DNA from: Vicugna vicugna
Lineage: Eukaryota
Length of the DNA: 64,000 bases
Direction of reading: 5' to 3'
Assembly: GCA_013265495.1 (NCBI GenBank)
Contig: MU057801.1
Span: 496,001 to 560,000 of the forward strand
Of the stretch, positions 47,451 through 59,720 are shown piece by piece (position 1 is the stretch's first letter; each line of letters starts with the position of its first letter). The notes under the pieces are model-generated. The model made no database searches. It was given only the letters and a program-made list of their open reading frames with translations, and had not been told where the DNA came from. The position numbers and the translations under genes are program-made.

Positions 47451-50400
47451 AAAACGGCAAAAAAGAATAGAAGGTGGTCTGGGCAGCCTTACTGCCGCCA
47501 CCTTTCCAAGAGTGACACGACAGAGGTGGCTCCAAGTTCGAGGGGAAATAAATCCGTCTGCAGGCCCCGGGGAGGCGAGGTTTCGCACGCGCCCAGCACC
47601 TCGGCTCCCGGCCACGGCACCCACTTCTCACCACCCTCAGGCCAAGGAGACGGTGCTGCCCCTCGGGTGACACACCGGTCTCCCTTCAAGGTTGTCTCTC
47701 AGTTTTATTCCGACTTCTGTTTATCTGCTTTCTAATAGCTCAGGCGCGGCCGCGGGTGGTGAGCGGGGCTCCACTGGGATTCTGTGTGCCCCTCAGGACT
47801 GGGTTTTAAGTTCCCCGATAACTGACGGCTCCAGGAGATGCCGCAGTCATGTCTGTGGTGACCGTGGGGACACTGAGCTCCGGTGCTGGTCTGAGGCTCT
47901 GAGGAAGCAGTAAGGACACAACGGGCTGGCTGGGTCTCGCTGATAAAAGCTGTTTTGTGGTCTCTGGACGTGATGGAAGCCCCTCGAGCCCACAGCTCAG
48001 ACGTTCCCCCCCAGGGGCACCATCCGCGTCCTGCAGTAGGAAGTACTTTGGTAGCTTTCACTTAGGCTTCTCAGTGACCTGTGCCAAAGCGGGGATGCGT
48101 CTGTGGCACACACTTCACAGGCCATCAATCCCATAAAATATCCTTTAAAATCCTTTAAGACAGTCCTTTCTGCCTTGGGGAGGGACATTTTGCCTTTGCC
48201 ACAAAAGCAGGGCTCCCTGGCCCCGCACCCTGTCATTCGCTTCATCCAGTGTGTTCCCCACAGCAGGGTCCTTTCAGGGTGGGGGGCAACGAGCCTTGTT
48301 TGGAGAAACTGGACTTGATCTGACGGCGGACAAAACCAACATTTCTCAGTTTCAAAACTACCGAAGGGCTCAGTCTTGCTCTGCGAGGGCAGAGGCTGCC
48401 GCGCACACAGCACACGGCAGACCTCCACGTGGTGTGAGGAGCTGTACCTATTCCCTGTTGTTCTAAAGGCTGAGTCTGACAGCACGGTGTGCTGGGGACG
48501 CCCGCCTCCAGGCCCAGCTCTTCTGGTAACTGGGAGCCATTTTCAGTCTCTTCAAAGTTGTGCCACATACGAGAGAGAGGTGTCCACCAGATGCTTCATG
48601 CTGGCTCAGGGGTTCATGATCACCCAATGCTGGTGTGAGTCTGGGGGCTCTCAGGTGGGTGGGATACATGCCTGCAGGTCAGAATTCCACCTGCTCCCTC
48701 TTCTCCCCCTGCCAGGCAGACTGACCCCTCGAGGAGGGTGTCTCTGTGTCACCTGTGTAGCCTGAGTAGGGCTTAGTTCCATGGTTCTGAGTGCCTCTCC
48801 AGGGGCCCCATCACCACATCTCCTTCCCCAGTCAGACGCACATCACTGCCTGCTGCGAGCCGGGTGTCGGGCGAACATGGTGGGTGAGATGTCACTGAGC
48901 TTGCCCCCCCCCCCGAGGAACAGCCTCCTTGCAGAAGCCAGTGCCATCTCTCCAGACAAGAACTGTATCGGGTCACCCCCTGAGTAACACCCTCGGGGAG
49001 CTGCCTGTGGACCCCTCCTCAGCACCTTCCCCCCCTTCCCACGAACAACCACCACTCGCTGCTCCCTGAGTGCGCCAGCAAAGCTCCTGCCTCAGGGCCT
49101 TTGTTCCTGCTGTGCCCTCTGCCCAGAACAAACGCTCCCCACCCCCTCCAGATTCCCAGTGGCTCGCTCCTCCTTCAGTTTCCTCAGGGGCTACCTTCTC
49201 AGGGAGGCCAGTCCTACCCCCGTACTGGTCTCAGCAGCGCTCCTCAATGTCCCAAGTCTCTCTGGCATGAATGTGTGCAGGCCCCGACGCTCGGGGTGGG
49301 GGGTCAGTGTGATGGTCTGAGGGAGCTGCAGCTTCCATCCAGCTTGGCTGCACCCAAGGTGCGCGAGTCCCTGGACCAAGCTGGACCGGAGATTTCGTAT
49401 CTAAATACGGCTCCCAGCAAGTCAGCAGCCTTGGGTAACGGGATAAAGAGCAGAACCAGAGCCAGTGGCCTGAGACGTCTCCTTGCTGGCGGCCGCCTTT
49501 CCTCAGCGGTGATCCCTTTCCTCTGAGGCTCTCACCCACTATGTTCCCGGGTCACCCAGGTCAGGGGCGCCTAGCCGCATAGCCGCACGCCCGATGTCAC
49601 AGGGGGCTCGGATGACACCCAGAGCCAGGCTGCTTCTCGAGCTGCTGCTCCTGCCTGAGGGACGCAGCCAGGGAGCAGGGTTCCCCTACCTACCAGGCAG
49701 GCTCGGGGATGCTCCGGCCGCGGGGTCTGCCCAAGCATTCTCCAGCAGCAACGCCCGGCCCCCTGTGCTTCCTGGTTTTGCCTGAGATGCGGGCTGCGGG
49801 GCGCAGCCTTGCCAGCGAGTCCTGGACGACCACAGCGGCTTCCCTCAGCCCCAGAGATCTCCCGGATCAGCTGAGCCTGCTCAGAAGAGATGCTGGGTGG
49901 CAGCTGAGCGTGCCGGGAGGCAGGGCCACCGGTGCGGGCGCAGGTGGGTGGAGCGTGTCCTCTGTGCACCTGGGATGCACGCTCTTCAAGTGGTCTAAAG
50001 GTGCTGCTGATTCCTTCTCAACGCCCTGCAGTGGTGCTGTGAGGCTTCCTACGTGCTGGGAAATGAGCTCTGTCCACGTCAGTGCTGTACGCTTTACGTA
50101 ATCTTTTAAATTTTTTTTATGAAATTGACTGGCATGTTTCCCGTTTTTAAGGGATTTCTTTTCAGCCTTTTGAGGGACTTCAGAGGCTAAAGGCAAAGGA
50201 GGAACTGGCTTTTCTCTTTACCATGCCATTTAGAGGTTCATTTCCTGATTATCACCACGTATCCTTCTGGAAAGGGAGAGTATAAAATATTCTTTCTCTT
50301 TCCTGTCTGCAGACTTAACTGCTGCTAAGAGAGTTCCAGTTGGCCTTTGCTCTGGTTGTTGCTAAGCAGAAATTCAAGCGAAATCATCGAGACTTCCAGG

Positions 50401-53400
50401 AACCCACTCTGATGGCTGAGGGAATCCATTCCACCTGCTGGAACCAGGACATGGGGGTCCAGCCACGCCTCACAAGGAGCATAAACCTGGGGTGTCAGAA
50501 CCCTCGGACTCTCCTGAAGCACATTCTCAAGGTCATTTCAAATAAGCTTTTGGAATCATTTCCAAAAACCATCTTGTGAGAAAAATTGCTGGTACCTGCC
50601 GGCCATCTCCTGGCAACAGCTGGAGTGTCCCTGGGGCCGTAATTAACAGCGAGGCAGGAAGAAGATGCCACTCACGCTAAAACCCTGCAAGACTAAGACA
50701 CCAGGGCCAACCAAACGCAGCTTTCACAGAAAACACAGCAGCTTCGAGTTCTCCTGAGGAACAAATTAAATGTCATGTCGATTCTTTGGAACGAACGGTC
50801 TCAGGTCCCGCCTTTTCCCGGGAACCTGGGAGCGGCCTCCGCTCCTGCCCCGGGCGGAGGGTCCCCACGCTGGCTCTGAAGGAGTGGTTTCTTCCTCTCT
50901 GCATCTTCTCCTCCCTGTCCATGGGCCTGCCAGCTCTCAGCCAGACTGACCAGCAGGATGCTCAGAGGAACATCCAACACGTCAGGAGTCTTCATTCCTT
51001 CCAGGCTCACGAGGTAGACGGCACAGCCCAGCTCAGGAAAATCTCGACCCAATGGACCCAAACCCTGGCTGACTGTCTTTTCCCCTGATGCACCTTTTTG
51101 ACATGCAGTTGTGGTGCGGCACTAACTTGCCTGGGCTTAATAACAAGCCCCTCGTGGTGATTCATGAGTATCTGCTTTTCCCTAAAAAGACGTCAGGCTC
51201 CAGAAGTGGGGGGAGGATGGAGCGCAGGTCTCCAGAGCCGCCCGTTTCCCCCTCAACGCCAGCCCGGTCCCACCCACGGGGGGCGCAGGCAGTACAGACG
51301 GGGCGGCATCCGACAGGTGCACCGTCGTCTTCTATCTGCTCAAGTGGGACACACGTTTGTCCCCTCTCTTCCCTGAGCCCGGGGAAAGCACCAGAGCTCT
51401 GGAGGAAAACGTGAGGCCAGGTGTGGCGCCCAACTGCGCAATCGAGAGTTTTCTTTAAAGCCCTCGATGCCGTTTATGAAAGCGTCCCAATCAAGTTTGT
51501 TATGCAAACTGTCACCTGCTCTGTGGACGGACCAGGCTCGGAGCCGGGGAGGGAGGGGAGATAAGACCCGGGTGTTGTTCTGCCTCCCGCGTCAGGCTGG
51601 ACACACATCTGCGGGCTGAGGACACACCCGTATCCCCGAGAGCAGCAGCCTGGCTCTGGCTGGCCCGCATGCCTGTTGTCCTCCTGGCGCAGATGTTTTA
51701 AGAAATTGATGCCTCATTCTCTAAAGAAATGATGGCCCATCAGAGAGAGAAGGATTGCGCACACATAGACAGAGCCTTCCACATGCTGAGAAGAATCAAG
51801 GTGTAAGTGATGACAAGTCAGAGGCACCGAGACCAGGACGAAGCACAGGCGCCTTCATGCAGGACACTGGTTCTCAGCCCTGCTTAGTTCTGAACAGGGA
51901 GTCCCCACGCCCAGGCCACACCCAGACCAAAACGTCTGCACCTCTGGTGGAAGGACGCAGCATAGGGCTGGACCGGCTTCGTGGGTGACCCGGTGCACAG
52001 GCGAGCCAGAACCACTGGGTTTGGGCAATAGGATTACGGGTTAAAAAAACCAGCACCTCCAGCCACTGTGGTCCTGTATGCACCCCCCACCCCCGAGACA
52101 GGCTGATGCAGGCGGAGCCGGGCTCCAGGAAGACAGCAGGAGTCGGGAGGCGCAGGGTCCGCGTGGAGCAGGATGGCGGCTGCGTGCACTGGACAGTGAG
52201 GAAAGCCCGACAGACAGGGTGGCGAGGTGACAGCCCAGGGGACACCTGCTGGGCCCCCTTCTCAGACACACAATAACTTGCTGAGTCCTTACGGGGCCTC
52301 TAGGGGCCACTTGGAGGCACCACTCTCACGACCCACTTTCCAGAATCGGACGCCGGGCTGCAGAGTGACCACAGGCTGGACCCAGGCGACAACAGAGCCC
52401 TGCTCTCTGAGACAACAGGCCCTCCCTGCAGCTGGGGAGGCCGGCTCCGGGGGGAGGGTTTGGCCAGCGTTGAACTCGGGAGCCCAGGAGGACGGTGGGG
52501 CTGGGGAGGCCGTGGAGAGGAGGAGCGGGAGGCAGAGGCCTGCCTGGAGGGCAGTGTGCAAACCCCGGGAACCCGGCTGGTGACAGCCTGGGCAGCGGAT
52601 GTGAGCGCAGGACTCCGGTGGATCCTGCTGGTGCTCTTGGATGCCCCAGGACATCAGAAGCTTCTCGAGGCCTCGGGACGGCCGCTGGGGCCCCGCAGCC
52701 CACCCGCCTGCCCCGTGGGAGCGCCCCACGTGTGTCTGTGGACTCAGCGAAGTCCATGCGTGTTCTGGGCTTCCGGTCCCCTACCTGTTGGGGGTGGCTG
52801 GCTGGAAGGACTTTGCAGCTACAACTACGAGGTGACCCACAGACTGTCACCGTCACATATGCCTGCTGGCCAGTGGACACACACGGCCACCCTGACAGGA
52901 ATGACAGGAACCCATGACGTCACACAGCAGGTTCTGGTGACCTAAGTGCCTGTGGGTTCCGGTCACGCGGTATCTTTCCAAAGTGCACTCTTACCTCATG
53001 AAGACTTTCTGAAGAACCGTGACGAGGACACAAGAGCTTCCCCGAGCGCGCTCTGTTTGAGGACTTCCTGGGACACTGTTTGCTCCTCTCCTCCCAGGGG
53101 CTGCATGGCTTGTCTGGACGGAAACACTCCCTCCTAACTGGCCGGTGAGGAGCTCTGGTACCCAAGGTCTGGTGACAGCGTGCCCAGGGAAGGGTGCCCA
53201 CGTGAGCCGTGGGGGACGTCGCTAACACGCGCACTGACTCCACTGTGAGGGGCAGAAGCGGGTAGGGGGGCGAGGCTGTCGCCCCTGAGTCATCTCGCAC
53301 GGCTGGTCCTCAGCTTATCGGAATGATGGGAGGGGCGAGACATGGTGTCCCCTGAAGTCCCTTCCAGCACCACGTTCCACAGTGCCCTTTGCTGATTTCA

Positions 53401-56400
53401 GCAACTTTACGAGGAAGGTGAATACAGAGGACGTGCTACTGATCAAACTTTATTCGGACCATTTTAACTGGGAGGGAGGGGCGGAAAGGAGAGGGGGCAG
53501 ATACAGAATGAATCTGTAAGGGGCCCACCCTCAGCGAACGGGGGAAACCTTTCCTCTTCTGCAGGTTACAGTTAGATCCACCTTGTGCTGTTTCTGGGGG
53601 TTGACCTGATGGCTAACTGCCCAGCAAATGGTCTCAGGGTCACTGCACGGTGACTAGCCCGAGGCACCCTGGCAAAGGTGCCCCGAGGACGGGTCAGGGG
53701 GCCTGGCCAGTGAGAGCTGGGTGAGCTCGCACCTCCAGGTGAAGGCTGCTGGGTCCTAAAAGCACCCGGTGTAACGTCCACACACCGGATTCACTCTGGG
53801 ACCAACGTGCAGCACACCTGCCGTCGCATGAGGGGACTTCATTGGCCACCAGCATGACCCAGTGACACTGGGCAGAGTCTTCTGATAGCTTCCGTGAACT
53901 TAACGATTTTCTTGTAGGAAAAAACTACAGGTCTTCTATGAGGCAGGTGAGCACCATCAACCCTTGGAAGCGGACCCCGTGCCACTCTGATCACGCAGAC
54001 GGGGGAGCGGACCCCGGGCCACCCTGTGCGTGTGGATGGGGGACGGCAGTTCTGTGCAGGCGGCAGGGGCTGCAGCACCCTGAGACCGACTCAGACTAAT
54101 CCGGTTTAAGCTCCGAATATGACCTACATTAAAAGTGGCAGAATCTGCTGGAGCCTGGTGGGGAAGTTCCTCCCACTGGCTCTCAGTCCCTGAGCCTTCA
54201 CCATCTCCTCGATCATGAGGGAGGCAGTGCTCCTGACCGCATCTCGGAGAAACCAAATGTGTTTGTGAGGGGCTAACAGATAAACAAAGATCTGTGCTCC
54301 CTCTGCTGGCTCCTGACAGCAACGTGAACGCAGAACAGGGCCGTACACAGCGTTGGCATCTTCAGCAAACGCAATCAGTCCGTGTTTCCGGAGAAGAACC
54401 TCTCGTTTAGGTGTTCTTTGAGGAAAACCCGTCTTTGTCAACTTCTGAGCAAGGGACTTGAAAATTCTTAACAGCAGGTATCACAGCGCAGATGCCGGCA
54501 GTCCTCCTCCACCGAACTGCGAGCTGTGACTGCAACAGCGGCTTGGGGTTCATTTACCAACAGACACAGTGGATTCCTCTGAGACTTTAAGGTCCAGACA
54601 TAATCTTTAAAGCCGTTCTGGGGGAAAAAAACCAAACTGAAGTCCAAGCTGAAGTTTCTTTTTTTTTCTCCTTTTGTTTTATAAGAGCACCTTCCAAAAA
54701 GTAAAGATTTATACTATTTATATCCTTTCCGATAATGTCAAACATTAGACTTGATTTTCCAAGTCATTAGCATGCAGAAGACTGACCTCATGGTGAGCAG
54801 ATGCACTTGGCTGTGAGCTGCACTGATTACATCAGTCCCAGCCGCTCCGCTTAACCCTTTAGAGGCCTCTCCGCCGGGCCCGGCCCTGGAAACACGCTTG
54901 AAAACAGACGTAGTAAGTAGTCCCCCACCCCAGGATGTGTTAAGTGCATCTATAAATACATGCATAAAACACATGTACACACACACATACGTGTGTGTGT
55001 GTTAACTGCAGCCATTGTTTTAAACACTGGCCACCTTTTAGAAACTGCTGGTCAGTAAGGAAGGAATCAAAGCAGCCCAGAGCTCAGAGCTGGGTAGGAA
55101 AGCAGCTCGAATGCCTTTTATGCCCTGGGCATTATCAATACGAGTGACAGGTCGGGTGAGGTGGCGTCAACATAAGATTTTTTCTGATTGGGAAAGTAGC
55201 TTTTTAAACCTCTTTGTTAAAAGCTGAGCACCCACCTATTGGCCTAACAACAAAAGATGCTACATCCTCATCCGTGGTCGACAGTGCGACGTGGGGAGGG
55301 GCACACTGCCTTGCCCAGGTGCCCCTCCGCGGGCTGCCGCTGGCAGGCAGCAGTGCGGGGGTGGGGAGCCCGCATTTCCCACGTGCATCTTCAGGCACAA
55401 GCATCCCCACGTAGCACAGCTCTTCCCTACACCTAGGACTTAAAGGCTGACATTAGAGGCCTTCCCTCCAGAAATGGGGCTGCCTGCTGCAAAAAACAGT
55501 ATGGTTCGAATACAGTGTTCAGGTCCCTCTCCCTGTGCTTGGCGGCGAAGCCCTGTTCCGAGGACACAAAGGAGCCCCTAATTCCTCCGACTGTGCACAT
55601 GCATGTGAGCGGGGGCTGAGGCCCTGCTCTGACGACATCGCGGCCTGGACGGTCTGATTGGGTCCCAAGTGCACTGTGGGAGCTTAAGCCGCTCAGGGTC
55701 AATTTTTCCAGCTGGCTTGTTGCTTGGAAGAGCAGACTTCACCTCCGTTTCTTAGTTTAAGCTGGCTGGCTCATCTGGGTTTGACTCTACTCGTCCCAGC
55801 AAAATAAAAAGACAAGGTGAATAAATCAGTGAAAAACGCTTTCATCTGTAAAAGTAGAAACAGACAGGCACAGGGATTCCTCAAAAGCAAAACTGGCTGT
55901 GAGCCGGAAGAGGACGTGGTTCTGAAAGTGTGCTTGTGCACGGGACAGAGGTCCCCCCCAACCAAGTTCCAGTTCAAAGCAAGTTCATTTTGGGCTCCTT
56001 CCTGATGGCTGTCGTGGGCAGAGACGCAGCGTGTGGGAAGAGAACGTTGTGCCCAGACTCAGAGTCACATCCATGGGCCGGTGTGAGACGCGTAGAAAAC
56101 GTTACCACCCCACACCGAACACCCTACGCCCTGTACGTCGTGAAGCGTGACCCTGATGCCAATCATCTGAAAAGAGGAAGGACAGCGTGTGTCTCGATCC
56201 CACCTCTGGTCTCATGTGCCTTTTGTACAGGCACCAACACCCACTCTTAACGAGCCGTCAGGACCTTTATCCGGTCAGTGACTTCGGCAGATGCAACATT
56301 CTTACAGAAGCCTATCTCCAAACAGCAGGTCTTTAAAAAAACCCAAATCACTCCTAGAGGCTCACTCACGCACGGACTCATTTGAATCGGTTTAAATAAT

Positions 56401-56499
56401 TATGAACTTTTGGGAAAGATCAAGTTAGCTTACGTAGAGGCTAAAATATACAAGGAAAAGAAAGTTCATCAATATTTGTTTCAGTAACACCTTAATCAT

Positions 56500-56636
56500 G
56501 TAAAGCACAGGGAAATACGTTCAATATCTTATAATAACCCATAATGAGAAAGGATGTATGTGTATGACTGGATCACTGTGCTGTACCCCAGAAACTAACA
56601 CAACATTGTAAATCAGCTCTACTTCAATAAAAAAAA
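56500..56636 (+). mobile_element. Short L1 3'-end fragment
   Basis: GCACAGGGAAATACGTTCAATATCTT..GCTGTACCCCAGAAACTAACACAACATTGTAAATC..CAATAAAAAAAA. Confidence 0.85.
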
Positions 56637-58267
56637 TCGTAATCAAGAGCCCTAAAAACAGAACAGCTGAGTTAAGGAATGGAAGTATCTCATTACTTAA
56701 TTTCTTCTAATTTTAAAAAAACAAAAGCTTTCTCAAGAGTTTAAAAAAAAAAACAACAAACAACCCTGCACCGAAAAACTTGGTCCCCATCCCTCGTGAA
56801 GATGCAAAAAAGCTGAATGAGAACTTTTTGTTTTTTCAAGACGAGCTTTGATCCTTCGTGCTCCTTCACCTAAACATCAGAAATGGTTTTAAACCTGCAG
56901 CCAGACTGGGAATGAAATCTTCATTTCTCTTGAAACTGACTTTTTCTTGGTCTTAGGTAGGATGTCGGCAGAGTGTGTAAGAGAATTCGACTCACAGCTG
57001 TCCTGCTTTTTTAATGTGAGAAACGTTAATCACAGCTTCGTGTGGGCTTTTCTCATGGTGCTTATTTAGTACCGCAGCTCAGCAGAGATGGACAGAGGCC
57101 GGCGTGGCTCCGGCCGCCCCGCCGGGCCGGCGTGATTATGTAAATCGCGGGGCCCCGCACCTCCGCCAGCCCGCTTATCTCCCCGGCCTTCTGCCTGCTG
57201 CTCCCGGCCCCCGCGCCAGCGCCGGCCGCTCCCTCTTATCAGCCGCAGAGCGCGGGGAGGCCAGGACTGCAGCCAGCGATGTTCAACAATGATGCATGGC
57301 TGGTTTTATTTGTAGGTGATTTATTTCACTGAATTTAATTTTTTTTCACTTTGTGTGTAAGATATTTGTTAACAAGTCAGAACGGGAGGAGCCAGGCAGC
57401 AGTGAGAGAGCAGTGACACGGGGTGGAAATCTGTCAGGCCCTCTAAGAGCTGCGCTGGCCGGGCGGGAGGAGGCGGCTCTCGTTCAAGGTCTCAGCCTGC
57501 GTTGACTGAACACCCCATTCCCTTCTGGAAAGGCAACTGACCCGAAACTACACACAGAAATGTATGAGTAATTCTACTCCGTGTGTGTGTGGGGGGGCCC
57601 TCAGTGATCATTTCATTGGTTTAGGTGCCAGCACACATTTTTTTTCCCCTAAATGGGAAATATAAAAAGAGTAAAACCTAATCACAAAAATTTTGGAATT
57701 CCGGCTGTTCTGGTGAGTGAGAGTGCTTCTGATCGTTTCTAGCAGGTTCCCCACCAGCTGCTGCTCTCGGCGGCCTGTCCACGAGATAGGGGTGCTCGCC
57801 GCCCGTGTGATGACGGACCAAGGGCCGTCCCCCATCTCCCCATGTCAGCCCCTCACCCGGGGTCTCCACAGCGTAACCCCGCTCAGCACTGGTAGCAACG
57901 GCTCCGACTGTGAGGAACTCTTTTAGATGAGTGAACGCTGATTCGGGCCCCGCTTTTCAACAGCATATTCCCAGCTCAGCAAGAAACCCGCACTCCCGAG
58001 CGGGCCGGAGCACATCACTGAGAGAAAGTTCATTAACCCCACTAGACGCAGAGGTTAACAGGAGAGTGGAAGAACAGAACCGGGGGAACAGCTCGGATAC
58101 AAAGCAAATTAAAATGGATGTCACCGCTCCTTTTGACATTCATCAGCTGATGCAGAGGGAGACCGCGCTTCTTACATCTGCGAGCGTTTATCTGTGCAAA
58201 ACAGGTGTACGTCTGCGGCGCGGGTGCACTTCGGGGCCGGGGGAGGGAGGACGGTGCAAACACTCAC

Positions 58268-58389
58268 CGGTTCCACCGAGGGAGTAGCCGGGGGACGGGG
58301 AGAAGACCTGGGCTGTGAAGTCCTCGAACGTCATGACTTCCCGGTGGTTCTGAATTACCGCTTCGAGGTACCGAGCTCGCTCCTCGTAG
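58268..58389 (-). CDS. RALGAPA2: RALGAPA2 (Ral GTPase-activating protein alpha-2) 122-bp coding exon near the C-terminus
   Basis: ctcctgcag|CTACGAGGAG...GGAACCG|gtgagt. Peptide [40 protein letters not shown] matches the recalled RALGAPA2 C-terminus. Synteny with INSM1. Confidence 0.92.
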
Positions 58390-58991
58390 CTGCAGGAGTG
58401 GGTTAAGGAGCCAAGCGCATGGGCAGCAGGACACACATAACAGTGACAGAGTTCACCTTGTGTTCAATACACTGGGCACCTTTTGCACTCATGTGGGGAA
58501 GAACGTACCTGGCCAGTTTGTAAACACCCTGTCAGAGAATTAACATTAGTCATAATTTGTGGCCACATCCCTGTTTTGAGGTCTCAGCGTCTGTTAGACT
58601 TTGTGCCCAAACAGGGATCGCTAAAGAATGTGTAAGCCAACAGTTACAGAACCGCATCCAAGGAGCGTAAGGTTGATTGGGACAAACAAACACACACACA
58701 CAGAGGCGTGATCGGGGCCCCACCCCTTTCCACCCACAGCCGTGGGTAGGGCTGCTTGTCCCTTCTTTGTTCCGTGAATGAAGCGCTCTTCTCAGCCTGC
58801 TGACAACGCGAATCGCTATTTCAGGCAAAAACTGGTGATACACGCTTAAAACAGAAGACGGTGCCCGCCACTGGGTGGAGAGAAGGCCAGGACGGCATGC
58901 TCCCAGGTGGGCACACCAGAGCCTCAAGCCGAGAGGCCATGAGCATCTGAGAATAAGAACTAGTAAGTGGGAAGAAGCTAGCAGGGAGCAC

Positions 58992-59022
<31 letters not shown>

Positions 59023-59594
59023 GAAAGACTATTGCCTTTTAATTAAAACTGCAGTCTGGAACACACGCATTCAAATGTGTAATCAAAAACCAGCCACCAA
59101 TAAGACTTACGAGCGTAACCCGCTGGAGCCACTTCCCAGCTGCCCTCACAGGACCCCTGCGCGTGGCAGCCTTTCACGGGCAGAAAGCAAACCTTCCCCC
59201 TTCGTGTGCGGCTTCTGTCTCCTCGGAGGGTGAACCACGCCGTCCCACGGCAGGACAGCGTCAGGACGGCCCACAGCGGACCCAGCACCGCACGCCCGGC
59301 TCCGCACACTAACGCTCGGGAAGTCAGCGTCCTCACTCCCCCGTCCTCGTGATCGACGCAAGTTAACACACGTGTTTTAGTCGTTTTGCAAAATCGTGCT
59401 AATTCTCCGGGAGCACAGGCAGTGCGGGTCACCACCCCGTTCATTGCTCGCCGCTCCGGAGAGGCGAAAGTAATTTCAGCATTTCTCACTGTATTTTAAA
59501 ACTAACTTTTCAAAATGGCCTCTTTCAAAACATAAGTTAGTGAAGATTATGTCAATTGGCGGTCAGTAGGCACGTGTTTTATGTTGTTGTTTAT

Positions 59595-59720
59595 TCTTGG
59601 GGGGGAGGTAATTAGGTTACTTACTTATGTATTTATATCAACGGAGGTCCTGGGGATTGAACAACCCAGGACCTCATGCATGCTAAGCACACACTCTACC
59701 ACTGACCTGCACCCACTCCT
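59595..59720 (-). mobile_element. tRNA-derived SINE (vic-1-like)
   Basis: Reverse complement reads GGTGCAGGTCAGTGGTAGAGTGTGTGCTTAGCATGCATGAGGTCCTGGGTT..CAATCCCCAG..CCTAATTACCTCCCC; homologous to the 34982 element. Confidence 0.85.

Noticed and set aside
39370..53300. Many 100-350 aa ORFs, e.g. 45734..46795
   Set aside because: GC-rich intron of RALGAPA2 with few stops; overlapping in all frames and without recognisable protein similarity.
53957..54322. ORF track entry labelled + strand
   Set aside because: Its translation (TTG CTG TCA GGA GCC..) actually reads from the minus strand at 54322, so the label looks wrong; there is no coding evidence either way.
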